Origin: a virus
Lineage: Duplodnaviria; Caudoviricetes
Length of the DNA stretch: 64,000 nucleotides
IMG/VR virus record: IMGVR_UViG_3300018068_000002
Coordinates: 21,423 to 85,422 of that record
Direction: 5' to 3' (one strand)
In this document: piece after piece, positions 20,716-31,597 of the stretch
Layout of the letters: each line of letters begins with the position of its first letter
How positions within the stretch are numbered: the stretch's first letter is position 1
The notes under the pieces: model-generated
Database searches by the model: none
Seen by the model: only the letters and a program-made list of their open reading frames with translations
Told to the model about the DNA's origin: nothing
Translations under genes and position numbers: made by a program

Positions 20716-21172
20716 ATGAACCACCTGCGAGGTCTCTAAAATTATAAGGAGAACCATCCCTTGATCTATCGTAAGTATCAAAAGTTTTTCTAGTCTCTCT
20801 TTCGCAAAATTCTAAACTTTTTAACAATTTATCTAAATGATTTGCCTGAGAAGAAAATTCAAAATCTCTAGTTGAATATTGTTGTTTTATTAATCTATAA
20901 GTATTCACTTGTCGTCTAAGCCAGTGGAGTTTCATTAAAGTAGCAAGAACTTGAATTTCTGCATTCCCAAGAGTATTGGTAAAATACGATACACCGAACT
21001 CGTCAGTACTAATACCTAAACCAACTCTAGGAAACCTAAAATCAAAAATTGCCATCTTAAGAATTTGTTCCATATCCGCCAAAACAACTGAATTATTTTC
21101 TTCACGCATCCAATCGTCTTCTTCTATTCTAGCTAAGAATGCACCAAAGACTTCTGAATAAGGAGTTGCCAT
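20708..21172 (-). CDS. putative head-tail adaptor
   Basis: 154 aa, MATPYSEVFGAFL...YSTRDFEFSSQANHL; position downstream of the capsid gene. Confidence 0.6.
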   Translation of the reverse strand: MATPYSEVFGAFLARIEEDDWMREENNSVVLADMEQILKMAIFDFRFPRVGLGISTDEFGVSYFTNTLGNAEIQVLATLMKLHWLRRQVNTYRLIKQQYSTRDFEFSSQANHLDKLLKSLEFCERETRKTFDTYDRSRDGSPYNFRDLAGGSFE

Positions 21173-21175
21173 AGG

Positions 21176-21664
21176 TTATCCCTCCTTACTGGTTTTTTCA
21201 TCTCTTTTCTCTCTTTGAATTTTTTCTACATCTACATGATAATTTTTTCTGATATAATCAGATTTTTCTATAGTTAATTGTTTTGGAGTATTAATTGTAG
21301 TTTCGATAAGAATTTCAAGAGTTCCATCTGACATATTTTTCATTTTTTCAACAAATTCTGTAAATTCAGTTACGTATAACAAACCAAGAATTTGATTTTT
21401 ATCCAAAACGATTTTTTTCTCATTGTACATTTCTGGATCTTCTTCTTCTAACTCTAATTTTATCCTACAATTTTTATCTTCTATATATAGATATCCTCTA
21501 TCAAAAAGATTCTTTGTATCTGGATCGTAAATGCACTTTTCTAATTCATCAAAAGGAACTTTTTGGCGCGCATTTTCACCTTTCCAAACTCTTTCTCTTG
21601 TTTCTCCCGGTACACGGTAAAAAACAATTCCACTAACCATTTTTCTAACAACATAATTTTCCAT
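21176..21664 (-). CDS. hypothetical head-module protein
   Basis: 162 aa ORF with GGAG RBS. Confidence 0.65.
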   Translation of the reverse strand: MENYVVRKMVSGIVFYRVPGETRERVWKGENARQKVPFDELEKCIYDPDTKNLFDRGYLYIEDKNCRIKLELEEEDPEMYNEKKIVLDKNQILGLLYVTEFTEFVEKMKNMSDGTLEILIETTINTPKQLTIEKSDYIRKNYHVDVEKIQREKRDEKTSKEG

Positions 21665-21685
21665 TTTTATATCTCCTTTTATCTC

Positions 21686-21714
21686 AAAAAAGGGGGAGTA
21701 TTATAACTCCCCCT
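21686..21714 (-). terminator. Rho-independent terminator after the major capsid gene
   Basis: AGGGGGAG-loop-CTCCCCCT followed by T5 on the minus strand. Confidence 0.75.
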
Positions 21715-21723
21715 ATTAAATTA

Positions 21724-22755
21724 TTAAGCTAAAGCGGTATTTTGAATAATACCCCAATTATTAGTATACATAATAGCAGTACCAAATTTCTTGTAGACCA
21801 TCATTTCCATACTATAATCACCATGAAGTGTTCCAAAGTCATTTACATAACTAGTGCCTTCGAATACAACTTTAACGATCTTATCTCCGCCAGTAGGAAG
21901 AACAAATGCATATTGATTATCAAGTTGATAAGCAGCATTAGTTTCATCTTCGAATGCGTTAGGAATTTCAACAATAGGAGCGCCATAGAACATAGCGATT
22001 CTACCAGTTGAACGAAGATCTTCAATATCTTGTACTGAAAGACTAGGATTTTGACCTGAAGCATAAACAACAGCGTCACCCATTGCATTAATGAAAGGAG
22101 CAGTAGCAAAAATAACAGCGCCTTGTCCATATGTGCGAATAGTATTAACGAGTTCTCTAGTATTTGAGACTGAGAATGATGCACCAGTTACTTTAGTATT
22201 GCTTGGACGACCAGTTGCATTGTAGGAACCAGCAAGTTCTAAAGCGATTTCTTTATAAACATCAACTTCAAGACCAGTCATAATAATTTCAATTAATTCT
22301 GCCCAATCTTCTAATCCACTGATATATCTTTCAAAATCAATACGAACTCCACCACCAGCTGCATGTGTAAATACTTCGAAATTTTCAGTGTCTAGTCTGA
22401 ATGTTTCATAGATACCAGCAGGTGATACGCGACCTACAAATTGTTTTGCACGTTGACGACCTAATTTCTTTTTAAATATTTGCTTTGCCCCTTGTGGAAG
22501 ATTAATAACTTCTGCAAATTGACTCATTGTTGCTTCAATTCTTTGAGGAACAATTTCATCAACTGTAGTAGCAATTAATTCATAAAGGTCATATTTATTT
22601 CTTTGGAATTTAAAAAAATCACCAAGGTATTTTTTTAATTCTTCTTTCAAACTTGTAGAAACATCTTTAACTGAATAAGTTTCAGAGTTTGCTACATAGC
22701 CTTGACGTTGAGTAGCATATTTTGCTAATTCGAAAATTTCTTTAGTGAAAGCCAT
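21724..22755 (-). CDS. major capsid protein (HK97-like)
   Basis: ATG at 22755 after GGAGGAGG; 343 aa; order portal-protease-decoration-capsid; strong terminator; high-expression codon usage. Confidence 0.8.
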   Translation of the reverse strand: MAFTKEIFELAKYATQRQGYVANSETYSVKDVSTSLKEELKKYLGDFFKFQRNKYDLYELIATTVDEIVPQRIEATMSQFAEVINLPQGAKQIFKKKLGRQRAKQFVGRVSPAGIYETFRLDTENFEVFTHAAGGGVRIDFERYISGLEDWAELIEIIMTGLEVDVYKEIALELAGSYNATGRPSNTKVTGASFSVSNTRELVNTIRTYGQGAVIFATAPFINAMGDAVVYASGQNPSLSVQDIEDLRSTGRIAMFYGAPIVEIPNAFEDETNAAYQLDNQYAFVLPTGGDKIVKVVFEGTSYVNDFGTLHGDYSMEMMVYKKFGTAIMYTNNWGIIQNTALA

Positions 22756-22771
22756 CTTAGTATCCTCCTCC

Positions 22772-23365
22772 TTATTGAGCTTTGATAACAACAAATTGTA
22801 CACCAACGTCACCGTTAGGCATTGTTGTTTTCTTTATTGCTTGTAATTGAATTGTTTCTGTTCCGGCAACTGCTGTATCAATTTGAATTGCGCCAATAGT
22901 TGAAGCATATCCATAAACAGGAGTTGTTGCGGCGTTAGTAAGTGCAGCAAGTGCTACGGCATTGTTTGCATAATCTGAAGTGTCATAACAAATGCAATTA
23001 GTAGTAAATCTTTCACCAACTGAAAGAATACCAAGACGAGGATATAATCCCTGTGCTCTATTTTGATATTTGTTTGTAGCTTCTGCTGTAAGTTTAAATG
23101 TATTTAAACCACTGGCATTTGGATCATATTCTTTTTCTGGTGAATAGTGAAGTGCAAGAATTGCATCTCCAGATATGCCAGCAGGGAAGGCAACTTCTCC
23201 GCCAACATAATCAACAGCAAGAATCATTCCGTTTTCTGCTGGTGTAGCTGTATTGAAAGCTGAGTTCAATGGAAGGTCAGCAACTACTCTACCAGTAATA
23301 GGGAAAGTAACTCTATTGAGTTCAATAGAAGCATATCCATCAATAGTAAGTCTGTTAATACTCAT
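22772..23365 (-). CDS. putative capsid decoration/cement protein
   Basis: 197 aa, Ala/Thr/Gly-rich, immediately before the capsid gene; AENGMILAVD motif. Confidence 0.65.
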   Translation of the reverse strand: MSINRLTIDGYASIELNRVTFPITGRVVADLPLNSAFNTATPAENGMILAVDYVGGEVAFPAGISGDAILALHYSPEKEYDPNASGLNTFKLTAEATNKYQNRAQGLYPRLGILSVGERFTTNCICYDTSDYANNAVALAALTNAATTPVYGYASTIGAIQIDTAVAGTETIQLQAIKKTTMPNGDVGVQFVVIKAQ

Positions 23366-23386
23366 TATTTAATCCTCCTAAATAAA

Positions 23387-24658
23387 TTAATTCTTCTTAT
23401 TCTTTCTAAGAATAGAAACTATCCCATTTTCATTTTCTTTGCCTAGGACTGAGACAAAATTTGTATGTTGAGGTTGAACATCATCAGTTTCTTTGAGCAT
23501 TTTATCTGCTAAAATAACAGATAATTTTGTTCTCAATTCTTCTGTAGTATATTTATCAATAGAATCAATAAATTCTGAAATTTCTTCTTCTGAAAGTTTC
23601 TTTTTAAATTGTTCAATGATAGTAGTTTTTTCATTTTTAACTGCAATTATTTTATAAGAATTAAGAGTTTCAATTTCACTTGTTAAATTTTGAATTTTTA
23701 TTTTATATTCAACAATACGACTATTTAAACCATTAATTTCTTCAACTTTTGCATTATATTCTTCAATAGAATACATTATTGGCATTACTTCTCCACCATC
23801 ATTATCTTCTGGTTGTGGATCTGGATATTCAATTACACTTTCTCTTGTTCCTGTTATAGTTATAGTTTCATTAATTCCAGTTGAATCATTTGTTCTTGTA
23901 AGAGTAGTTGTTTCATCAATTGTTTCAACTATCTTACCAAATTCATCAACTTTTTCAGTTTCAACTTGAATATTATTTTCAATTACTTCAGAATCTTTAA
24001 CTTCAAACTTAGTTACTTCTCCTTCTGTAATTACTTTTGTATTTTCATCCATCTCTTCGTTTCCTCCTCCAAGATTTTTCTCATTGATTTTATTAATACT
24101 TTGAAAGAAAGAACGACTTTCTTCATCAAGGTTATAGAAGGCAGAATCTTCAAAACAAGGAAGGGTTGTTGTACCAAGAGCGCAAAGACCTTTCATAGAT
24201 CCCTCTTGATAAACAAAATAATAATCCCCATTGATTACTTTCCAATCTCCCATAATGGTTGATCTTTCTAGTTCCATTGATTGACTACTATTTGGAATTT
24301 TTGAAGCTTCAGGCCAATAACTAGACCATAAAATAACATCAAAACTAGAATATTCTCTACCATCGTTTCCAATTTCCCATCTAAAATTGGGTGATGTAGG
24401 AACAAATCCGTATGCTTTCTTATTGCCTTTATCTCCATGATCTTCAAAATCTTCTGTTTCTATATTATAGGACGCTACAATTGGGACATGTGGAATTGAC
24501 TTATTGAGTTTTTCTGCAAATTCATCTGTAATCCAAGTTCCATTACGATTGCCGCCTCTATAATAGATTCGTGCTCTTACCTTAGAAGTTAATTCGTTTA
24601 TCTTTTCTGTTTTTCCAACAAAATCAATTGAGAAAGTAGTAGGGATTGGTCTATCCAT
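23387..24658 (-). CDS. prohead protease/scaffold fusion
   Basis: ATG at 24658 after GGAGG; N-terminal NRNGTWIT, HG, SQSMEL, GLCALG...PCFE; acidic coiled-coil C-terminus. Confidence 0.75.
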   Translation of the reverse strand: MDRPIPTTFSIDFVGKTEKINELTSKVRARIYYRGGNRNGTWITDEFAEKLNKSIPHVPIVASYNIETEDFEDHGDKGNKKAYGFVPTSPNFRWEIGNDGREYSSFDVILWSSYWPEASKIPNSSQSMELERSTIMGDWKVINGDYYFVYQEGSMKGLCALGTTTLPCFEDSAFYNLDEESRSFFQSINKINEKNLGGGNEEMDENTKVITEGEVTKFEVKDSEVIENNIQVETEKVDEFGKIVETIDETTTLTRTNDSTGINETITITGTRESVIEYPDPQPEDNDGGEVMPIMYSIEEYNAKVEEINGLNSRIVEYKIKIQNLTSEIETLNSYKIIAVKNEKTTIIEQFKKKLSEEEISEFIDSIDKYTTEELRTKLSVILADKMLKETDDVQPQHTNFVSVLGKENENGIVSILRKNKKN

Positions 24659-24671
24659 GTTAATACCTCCT

Positions 24672-26144
24672 CTACATGCTCTCTTCATTTTTTATTGTTT
24701 GATCAGCCTTTTGAGATAAAGGCTTTGTTGGACGTCCTGAATCTTGCGTTGGTTTTTCACTAGTTGTGTGAGAAGATTGTAATGGAATCATTTTCTCATG
24801 AAGCATTAATATATCTGTTTCAAGTTCAATAAGATCTGGAAGTGAAGATTGTTTTACTCCAGTTACAATACTTACTAAAATTTTACTATAACCATATTGT
24901 GCAGTCTTGAGATATATATCAAGCATATCTTCTCTATTATAATGTGAGATTGGTAACAAACTCACTTCAAAATAATATTTATTATTTTCACCATAGCGCA
25001 TATTTGTTTGATAAGCAACCCAATTTACATATTGTTCTTGCATATCTAAAACAAGAGACATATCATTAAGAATTGACATCTTAATTGCAGTTGAACTATC
25101 GGTTCCAAAAAGCAATGGAGATACTCCAGCTTCATTATATACACTACGTTCAATTTTTTCTAAATTATCACGATCTGTTGCTGTTTTACTTCCAAGAGCA
25201 TGAAGATCAACTTCAGCAAATGTAGTAAGAACATCAATTCTAGGACTATTAACTAACATATCAGTAACTCCTTTGTGGAGTTCTACAGTTTCATCAATTG
25301 AAAGTAAAAAATTACCTTCTTTATCCATTGGAATTTTTTGAACTAAAATGTGTTCAAGTTCTTGTTTATCTAAATCTTTTTCTATACTCTTATATTCATC
25401 AAGATTAGCTACTGCCGGAATCATTGAAATAAAATATGGTTTATATTGATCTTGATAATAGAAAGCTACTCCAATTTCTGGAGCAACCATATGCCATCTA
25501 AAATTAGTGGTATCTTTTTTGTAATCATTATATGCTTTTGTAAATTCTTTTGGAAATTCAGCTAAAGCCTGTTCTCTAAGTAGATTATCACTAATTGCAT
25601 CAAAATACGCCATATCAAACTCAAGAATATTTATATTCTGATGAGTTTTATAACGACTGCGGCAGTATTTAATAGGTAAGTCTTTAAAGACTATTTCTGT
25701 TTCACTTTTCTCTAAAAATAACCCATAGTAAGCACCATAGACCAACATTTTAAATGTCATTCTAGGAAAGTTTAATTTTGGGTTAACAACTGTATCAGCA
25801 AAAAATGTTGCTTTTTTATAGTTTTCTAAATATTTATTTGCTTTAATAGTTTTTATTGTAATTTTTTTAGGTGCTATTAAAATATCATTAGTTAGAAAAG
25901 TAGAGAAATAAGAGATAATTCTTTGATAAAGACCACTCGTACCAAGATACTTTTCCGATAATGATATAATTTGTTCTGCAGAACCATCCGCAATAAGTTG
26001 AGCAATATCTTCTGCTGTTTCAGTAGATGATAGAATTCTTTTACTAATAGATGTGGCATAAGCACTTTCATTTGTACCAACCATTTCTCGAACTTTTTTA
26101 GCAAAATTTATAAATCTATTTTCAATTTCTTCCAAATCTATCAC
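24672..26144 (-). CDS. portal protein
   Basis: 490 aa between terminase and protease; helical with GVSPLLFG segment. Confidence 0.8.
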   Translation of the reverse strand: MIDLEEIENRFINFAKKVREMVGTNESAYATSISKRILSSTETAEDIAQLIADGSAEQIISLSEKYLGTSGLYQRIISYFSTFLTNDILIAPKKITIKTIKANKYLENYKKATFFADTVVNPKLNFPRMTFKMLVYGAYYGLFLEKSETEIVFKDLPIKYCRSRYKTHQNINILEFDMAYFDAISDNLLREQALAEFPKEFTKAYNDYKKDTTNFRWHMVAPEIGVAFYYQDQYKPYFISMIPAVANLDEYKSIEKDLDKQELEHILVQKIPMDKEGNFLLSIDETVELHKGVTDMLVNSPRIDVLTTFAEVDLHALGSKTATDRDNLEKIERSVYNEAGVSPLLFGTDSSTAIKMSILNDMSLVLDMQEQYVNWVAYQTNMRYGENNKYYFEVSLLPISHYNREDMLDIYLKTAQYGYSKILVSIVTGVKQSSLPDLIELETDILMLHEKMIPLQSSHTTSEKPTQDSGRPTKPLSQKADQTIKNEESM

Positions 26145-27850
26145 CTCCTAGGTGTATAGAAAACCATACTCATTGGATTTTTACGATGGTTTCTTAATGT
26201 TTTAAAATGCTCCTCTTCTAATATCTTTATTCTCCAAACACCATATTCAAATGCTGAGAATTTATCTTTACCCATTCTACTATTTATTCTTTCTAATAAA
26301 ATTCCATTATAATCAGGTTTTGCACGCAAATTACACATTTCATCTAAAAGTCTACTAGTCATTTCATAAGGCATTAACTGAGCAATACGTTCTTCTGGAG
26401 CCATTTTAGATCCCTTTTGAGTCGCTAGCAATTTGTGTTTAGCTTCTTGTTCTTTAATTAAAAATCGAATTTTTCCACTCATTAATTCAGCAAAACAAGT
26501 GCTATGAATTTCACTATTCAATTTTGGATTCGCTTTAATAACGAAAATTTTTCTTTGACAATCACGAGGTTGTTTAGCAATATAATCTTCATCGTTAATT
26601 ACACCGTAAGGTGGGTAGAAATTACCCTTTTCATCAATATTTGGTTTTATTACAAAATCAAGTAATCCAACACCAATACCAGTACCATCAATAACTACTT
26701 GTTTAGCTTGGAATTGTTCCATAACTTTCTTAAGTTCTATTGATTGTTCTTCAAAGTGTTTATTATCTAGTATTTTGACATTTACCAATTTTTTTAAAAA
26801 ATAATCCTTTTGTGGCATAATCTTAAAAATGCAAAAAACAGTCTGTGCTACTATTCTGCCGACGTCTACACTAATTAAGTAAAACATATCTTTGTTGCTT
26901 ACTACGGTTTTTGTAAATTTTTTCTCGGCATTAACTATTTTTCTATATTTTAACATACGCCCATAGTCAAACCAACTTTCACTGTTGCCGCCAGTCCAAT
27001 AACTAAGATATTCTCGCGCAAAATCTCCTTCTTTAAATGTTCCAGAAATTCTTTGATCTTCAATATGTTTTCTAGATACTAATTTATGCATCATTGGAAT
27101 TCTAACATCAAGTCCCATAACAAAATTATCTTTTGGAGCTATAATACTCTTCAAAAGAACTTCAATAAGTTTTTCATAAGCATATGTTGATTTTGATCCT
27201 GCAGATGTACTATAAATTTGGGCATGTTGTGGTTCATTATCATTTATTGTTCCATTCTTCATACGACGATCAAGTGTCATCAAAGGAAGAATAACTTGGT
27301 TAAGCATATCTTGATCATGATCGCGCACTTCGTCAATGAGGCCGCCATTACGCCGTCCACCACGTGCAGAATCTAATGCACCAACAATAGTAAACTCAGA
27401 ACCGTTACGAAACCAAAGATGAACATTAGCAGAAGACATATTTTTACGTATGATCTCCTTTTCGAGGAATGGAAAAGTGCGCCATATTTCCTCAATTTTC
27501 TCTCCTGCAATAGATATGCCTTGTCCCTTTCCTGGAGCACATATAAATTGTTTTGAAGTTGGCTGGAAAATGCACCGTAAATACAAAGCCAACACTGCAA
27601 GAAATGTTTTTGATGTACCACGACCTGCTGTAATGTAAACATACGAATAGCGCATACAGGCGCGCAAGTACATCCTTTGAAAGAAATATAAAGTAAAACC
27701 ACTATCTTTCGGAGTAATGAGATCAATAAATAAGTCAGGATATACCGTAAAGAGTGCCATATACTTTTGAAGTAATTCAGCATTTCCATCTATTTTCTCT
27801 TGAGTGAGCATAGCTCCTTTATCTAATTTTATATTAAAATCTCTTCTCAT
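26141..27850 (-). CDS. terL: terminase large subunit
   Basis: Walker A AGRGTSKT, Walker B GLIDEVRD, coupling STSAG, nuclease ISVDVGR, VVIDGTGIG, KDKFSA. Confidence 0.92.
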   Translation of the reverse strand: MRRDFNIKLDKGAMLTQEKIDGNAELLQKYMALFTVYPDLFIDLITPKDSGFTLYFFQRMYLRACMRYSYVYITAGRGTSKTFLAVLALYLRCIFQPTSKQFICAPGKGQGISIAGEKIEEIWRTFPFLEKEIIRKNMSSANVHLWFRNGSEFTIVGALDSARGGRRNGGLIDEVRDHDQDMLNQVILPLMTLDRRMKNGTINDNEPQHAQIYSTSAGSKSTYAYEKLIEVLLKSIIAPKDNFVMGLDVRIPMMHKLVSRKHIEDQRISGTFKEGDFAREYLSYWTGGNSESWFDYGRMLKYRKIVNAEKKFTKTVVSNKDMFYLISVDVGRIVAQTVFCIFKIMPQKDYFLKKLVNVKILDNKHFEEQSIELKKVMEQFQAKQVVIDGTGIGVGLLDFVIKPNIDEKGNFYPPYGVINDEDYIAKQPRDCQRKIFVIKANPKLNSEIHSTCFAELMSGKIRFLIKEQEAKHKLLATQKGSKMAPEERIAQLMPYEMTSRLLDEMCNLRAKPDYNGILLERINSRMGKDKFSAFEYGVWRIKILEEEHFKTLRNHRKNPMSMVFYTPRR

Positions 27851-28818
27851 TCTATTACCATCTCTTGGTTATCATCTTCGTCGCCATCGGCAACAAGAGC
27901 TTCAACAATTGTATAACTTTCATCTTCATATTTATCAAGATCCGCGTCAGACATTTCAAAGGTTCCGGCCTTATTTATGCCCAGGGCCGCAAATTTCTGT
28001 TCTACCTGATCTCTCAAACTAGATTCTCCCATAATTAAACGATGTACATACTTCTGCATGTTCGCCATTGTCTCATCAACAATATCTTTCGGCACATCAT
28101 CGTAGTATGGGTTGCGCCACCCCGTCTTTTCCAAATACGAAATTAACTCCCCCACACTCTCAAAATCACTCATACTTCGGATATTTTCGGTAGTGAAGCC
28201 GCCAATCTTCATCTCCTTGTCATAGCTAGAGATGTCTTTATCTATATCATCACCACGAGAAATTTTTTGGGAGATACGCACAGACAATTTTGCAAGTTTT
28301 CGCGCAGAATCTTCTTGTGTCACGGTAATTATATTATGAGAGGTATGGAGTCCATTATAAAAATTCTCCATATACTCCAGTTCGTCTGGGGTGTAGTTCT
28401 TTCCCCAAGTGTGTGTAAGTTCGGCTATTTTCGCCTCAGAAAGTACCGGTATCTTATCTTTGTACTCTCCTGTCTTTAGGGCTTTTGCCCACTCATCCTG
28501 CATAGTTTTCCACTTTATAGTAGAATAAGCTTCGTCAGCGCAATATCCTTTAACATACGCATCAAAAGCTTTTGCACCCAACTCTACAGATAATCTAGTC
28601 CATATATCAGGCATAAATGGATAATCGGTCCATTGGCAAAACTTATCCATAGTTGCCCATTCCTCAATATCTATAATTTCGGCAAGACAATTCTTGCAAA
28701 TGGAAAGTGTTCCATCGGGAAAGAAGTGGGATTTAGTTGGATAGAAATAGGAACTTGAGAGATAAGTGCCGCATTTGGTACATGTCTTTGAAGCTATTTT
28801 TGGTTTGATACTTGTCAT
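27847..28818 (-). CDS. Zn-finger protein, candidate terminase small subunit
   Basis: CTKC...CKNC N-terminus; stop overlaps the terL start. Confidence 0.55.
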   Translation of the reverse strand: MTSIKPKIASKTCTKCGTYLSSSYFYPTKSHFFPDGTLSICKNCLAEIIDIEEWATMDKFCQWTDYPFMPDIWTRLSVELGAKAFDAYVKGYCADEAYSTIKWKTMQDEWAKALKTGEYKDKIPVLSEAKIAELTHTWGKNYTPDELEYMENFYNGLHTSHNIITVTQEDSARKLAKLSVRISQKISRGDDIDKDISSYDKEMKIGGFTTENIRSMSDFESVGELISYLEKTGWRNPYYDDVPKDIVDETMANMQKYVHRLIMGESSLRDQVEQKFAALGINKAGTFEMSDADLDKYEDESYTIVEALVADGDEDDNQEMVIE

Positions 28819-29954
28819 TTGTTTTTCACCTTCTTTTGGCATTCTCTACATATCGGACTAAGTTGGTCGTGGGTATTGCGCTTTTTCGCAAAAAAACGAG
28901 TGTCACGAAGTTTATGTTCGTGGCACTTTGTGCAGGTTTTCCACTTTTTAGGGAAATTGCGCGCAGATACTTCGTCGAGGTCAATTTGACCAGTTTGAGC
29001 GATGGCTCCGCATATTTCCTTAGTCCAGATAGTAGATATGTAGTTAATGGCGTAGTCTAATCCATAAAGTGTGAGAAGTTCTTGCGCAATTATTTCGTTG
29101 GATGCATGATCGACTTTGCGCACGAGTATATGGTAGCGGGAGGGTGATAAATTGGTGCGCGATACTAAGCATTCTACTGCGCGAAGTAGAAATGTTGTAC
29201 TACTCGTAGGATTGTCGTATTGTTGGTGGCAGAGAGCGCTATAGAGATTGAGAATATGGTAGAGGTGTATTGGATTGGTGAGGTCAATAGTATGTTCGGC
29301 AACAGTATGCCATGTCCATTCAGTAGGACCGCAATAGGTAAGAAGACTGCGGCCAGAAGCATCAGTGCGCCATTGGAGATCGAGTGGTTCTATGACGTAG
29401 CCGCTATCGGATGTCCAGTCTATTTCCTGTATACCGCCATTGAGTATTGAGGTGAAGTGGATAGTTGGACGAAATAGGTCTTTGAGGGAGTACTGTTCTT
29501 TGCGCATATCTATCAATAGGTGTCTCATGTAGTATTTTTTCACATTATCTGTTAGAGTTTTTGCGTATTCTTCGGCAGCGTCTATGTCGTTCCAGAGACT
29601 TGCCATTCCCGGTATATCACCATCTGTTGTACGAGATATTTTTGGTTTTGGATTAGTGTATGGTGTTCTGTTATTGAATGGTTTCAGTGAGGTTTCATCG
29701 AACATGATATTCTCCATTAGCGCATCAAGAGATTGGGGATCTTTCTTTTTCCAAGTAGAGTGTTTAGTCGATATTTCTTTAGCTTCGGGCAAAGAGTTAC
29801 CTTTAGCTGTTTTTCCATAGAGGATGTAGTTGGCAATTCGCTCTAGATCTTTTAGAGGTACTTTTTCGAGAAGTCCTGCGTCGGCAAGGATGCAAACTGT
29901 GAGACAACGTTCTTCTGCTGTCACTATAGTGTAATCAAGTGTAATTCTAGTCAT
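28815..29954 (-). CDS. hypothetical protein with an HTH-like segment and C-terminal Zn ribbon
   Basis: ATG at 29954 after AAGGAGG; CTKC...CREC; HILVRKVDHASNEIIAQEL...YISTIW resembles an HTH. Confidence 0.65.
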   Translation of the reverse strand: MTRITLDYTIVTAEERCLTVCILADAGLLEKVPLKDLERIANYILYGKTAKGNSLPEAKEISTKHSTWKKKDPQSLDALMENIMFDETSLKPFNNRTPYTNPKPKISRTTDGDIPGMASLWNDIDAAEEYAKTLTDNVKKYYMRHLLIDMRKEQYSLKDLFRPTIHFTSILNGGIQEIDWTSDSGYVIEPLDLQWRTDASGRSLLTYCGPTEWTWHTVAEHTIDLTNPIHLYHILNLYSALCHQQYDNPTSSTTFLLRAVECLVSRTNLSPSRYHILVRKVDHASNEIIAQELLTLYGLDYAINYISTIWTKEICGAIAQTGQIDLDEVSARNFPKKWKTCTKCHEHKLRDTRFFAKKRNTHDQLSPICRECQKKVKNK

Positions 29955-30001
29955 GTCGTGTGCCTCCTTTTTAGTGAGAGACAAAAACTCTCCATACATT
30001 A

Positions 30002-30030
30002 ATTATAACATAGTTTATAAATAGTGTCAA
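30002..30030 (-). promoter_or_regulatory. sigma-A type promoter for the packaging/structural operon
   Basis: TTGACA-17 nt-TATAAT with TG extension on the minus strand. Confidence 0.7.
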
Positions 30031-30427
30031 GGGGGAGACAAATGTAGAATTGAAAATTTTTGTTATGTGAATTTGAAAAATTTTATTATGTGAATTTGTA
30101 TGCACAGCCAGCAAGCTAAAAAATCCCGATTTTGAATTTTACCGCAATTATCCCCCCACTTGTCAATTGACAAATTGTACAAACTTTCCCGGAAATCTTT
30201 GTGCAATATACCAACCCATCAGGTATTGACATGTCGATGCAATTATGGTATAATAGAAGTGATATCTTTTTATTTCTATTGACATTATACACAAAAACAA
30301 ATCGAAAAATTGTTGCACTTTGTCAATGATGAAATATCTGTTTTTGCTTGACAGTCGATAGTCCGACATGGTATAATAAATCATAAGGTAAAAGGAAAAA
30401 ATAAAAAAAATAAAGTAGGATAAAAAA

Positions 30428-30751
30428 ATGTTTAATGTTTATGCAATGGCCCTTGGTTCCACTGGTATCGTCAAAGTCGGTTACACGAACGATCTCAAAC
30501 GGCGCGCTGGCGAACACGGTCGTAAATACAATTGCCGTGGTCAAGTTGAAATCCTAGACTCGATCGCCTTTACTAGTAAAGCGACTGCTGAAAAAGTCGA
30601 AGCCATCGTTCTTAAGGCGATGAAAGATGCTGGTTTTGAGATGGTCAAAGATGCTCAGAACGGCGACACCGAACGGTTCTATATGAATGGTGAGATGGTC
30701 GAAATCACCTTCAAGGTTCGCAAAGAACAGAAGCTGAGAGTGGGTCGCTAA
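30428..30751 (+). CDS. GIY-YIG/T5orf172-like small protein
   Basis: NVYAM...IVKVGYTNDLKRRAGEH; promoter TTGACA..TATAAT at 30349-30377. Confidence 0.65.
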   Translation: MFNVYAMALGSTGIVKVGYTNDLKRRAGEHGRKYNCRGQVEILDSIAFTSKATAEKVEAIVLKAMKDAGFEMVKDAQNGDTERFYMNGEMVEITFKVRKEQKLRVGR

Positions 30752-30975
30752 GACTCACTCCAATGACCAGGAGGGCAAGAAAATGGTAGTACACGTTGAA
30801 AAGAATGCTAGTAAAGTTTATAATTGGGTTGCAAATAGAATCGCAAGAGATAGAATGCTCAACCTAACACCAGTCAAATATATCGTTAAAAATTCTAGTG
30901 GTTGCTACTATGTAATCGCTTGTCAACCTAAAAAAAGTGTGATATAATAAGGATAGATAGAAAGAGGTGCTACAA

Positions 30976-31134
30976 ATGAAGAAGATTGAATACAAAGTGC
31001 AGAAAATTGATGGATTCAAACTTTATATTATTATTGGTAAAAATATAGTTACTGGAAAATCATATGTAGTTGCAAATCATATTACAAAAGAAGAAGCAAT
31101 AAAAAAAATACGCAAAATAGAAAGGGGATACTGA
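30976..31134 (+). CDS. hypothetical 52-aa protein
   Basis: ATG after GAGG, read manually. Confidence 0.5.
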   Translation: MKKIEYKVQKIDGFKLYIIIGKNIVTGKSYVVANHITKEEAIKKIRKIERGY

Positions 31135-31597
31135 AAGTGACACATAAGAAGCGGCAGAATAGAGAGAGGAAACGACAGTCACCGATCCCTTGCGTTAAGG
31201 TGACACCAACAGGCAAGCAAAAACAAGCACAAAGAGAGCGTAAGAAGAAGTGGGGTGATGAATAGATGATGTCCTTTGATGAATGGTGTGAATGCACAGA
31301 TGTTGAACAGGATGATGACAGTTATTGGGCATATGATGCATATGTTGAATAGTGTAGAGAAAATGAATAATTTCAATTTCTTTTAAAAAAAAGATTTGCA
31401 TAATGCATTAGTATATTATTAATGTACTAAAAGTCCCCCTTAGTTGCGTAAACGTTTACGCTTGCGATGGTCCGATTCTCGTGTCTGAAGATGCCTATCG
31501 CTGTAGGGTTTGCGGGTTTTACTATTTTAGAAAAAAGTGTTGACAAGTCTTTTGGGGTGTGCTATAATGAGTATATAGAAGAAAAGAGGAAATACAA

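Noticed and set aside
31262-31370. TAG stop-codon reassignment (in-frame TAG in a small acidic ORF)
   Set aside because: TAG acts as a true stop before RBSs in structural genes (5072, 14881), long genes lack internal TAG, and no suppressor tRNA was seen.
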